A stretch of DNA of 64,000 nucleotides, filler included, from Stramenopiles sp. TOSAG23-6 (taxonomy: Eukaryota): the NCBI GenBank assembly GCA_900128565.1. It is 19 parts of 19 records of this genome, joined end to end, with 100 filler letters (N's around TTAATTAATTAA, not from the genome) between each part and the next. Parts side by side here need not be neighbours in the genome. Positions count along the whole stretch, not along the records: positions 61,092 to 64,000 come from LT637749.1; 18 more parts are not named here. One strand, given 5' to 3'. This document shows positions 63,949-64,000 of the stretch, piece by piece. The notes beneath the pieces are model-generated. The model was not told where the DNA came from. It did no database searches and saw only the letters and a program-made list of their open reading frames with translations. How positions within the stretch are numbered: the stretch's first letter is position 1; every line of letters begins with the position of its first letter. Made by a program: the position numbers and the translations under genes.

Positions 63949-64000
63949 ATGTATTTTGGAAAAATATTTCAAAAAAAAATCGTTAGGTACAAAATTTCGT

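Larger units (their letters stand above)
1..64000. mobile_element. Dispersed family of ~90-120 nt introner-like non-canonical (mostly GT-AT) introns, nearly always in the sense orientation of the host gene
   Basis: The core CGTACGAAATTTYGTACCTAAC (GTTAGGTACRAAATTTCGTACG on minus) recurs about 70 times, with 5' GTAYGTTTT and 3' AAAATACAT ends. It explains the recurrent ORF tails RNFVPN / YEILYLT / TKFCT and heads KYFSKIH. Removal rejoins conserved protein motifs. Confidence 0.88.

Overview
This is AT-rich eukaryotic (protist-like) nuclear DNA. It is not contiguous: about 19 contigs of ~3.3 kb are concatenated in decreasing length order with artificial N-TTAATTAATTAA-N spacers, and some contigs are redundant copies. 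Recognisable gene fragments include TRM6, an Smr-domain protein, an SH3/IQ protein, a calcyphosin-like protein, a TRF4/Cid-type nucleotidyltransferase, a chromodomain protein, NPRL3, a PARP-like protein, a threonine dehydratase-family enzyme, an EGF-repeat protein, LSM1, an IP3 receptor, a patatin-like protein, a COX20-like protein, a bacterial-type GlmS, PDK, an SLC37-like transporter, a DUSP, a CXC protein, L2HGDH, a LamG protein, an armadillo-repeat protein and WDR1/AIP1. The dominant signal is that nearly every gene is interrupted by copies of one ~90-120 nt element (roughly 70 cores by hand count). Its consensus is (AT)|GTAYGTTTT..polyT..CGTACGAAATTTYGTACCTAAC..polyT..TGAAATATTTTTCCAAAATACAT|. 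Removing it restores conserved protein motifs only when the 3' boundary is AT rather than AG. This points to a proliferated, introner-like family of non-canonical GT-AT introns, with minority GT-AG and possible AT-AT and GA-AT members. The elements carry short terminal inverted repeats, an apparent AT target-site duplication and a palindromic hairpin abutting the branch point. The splicing itself is inferred from reading frames and needs transcript data.
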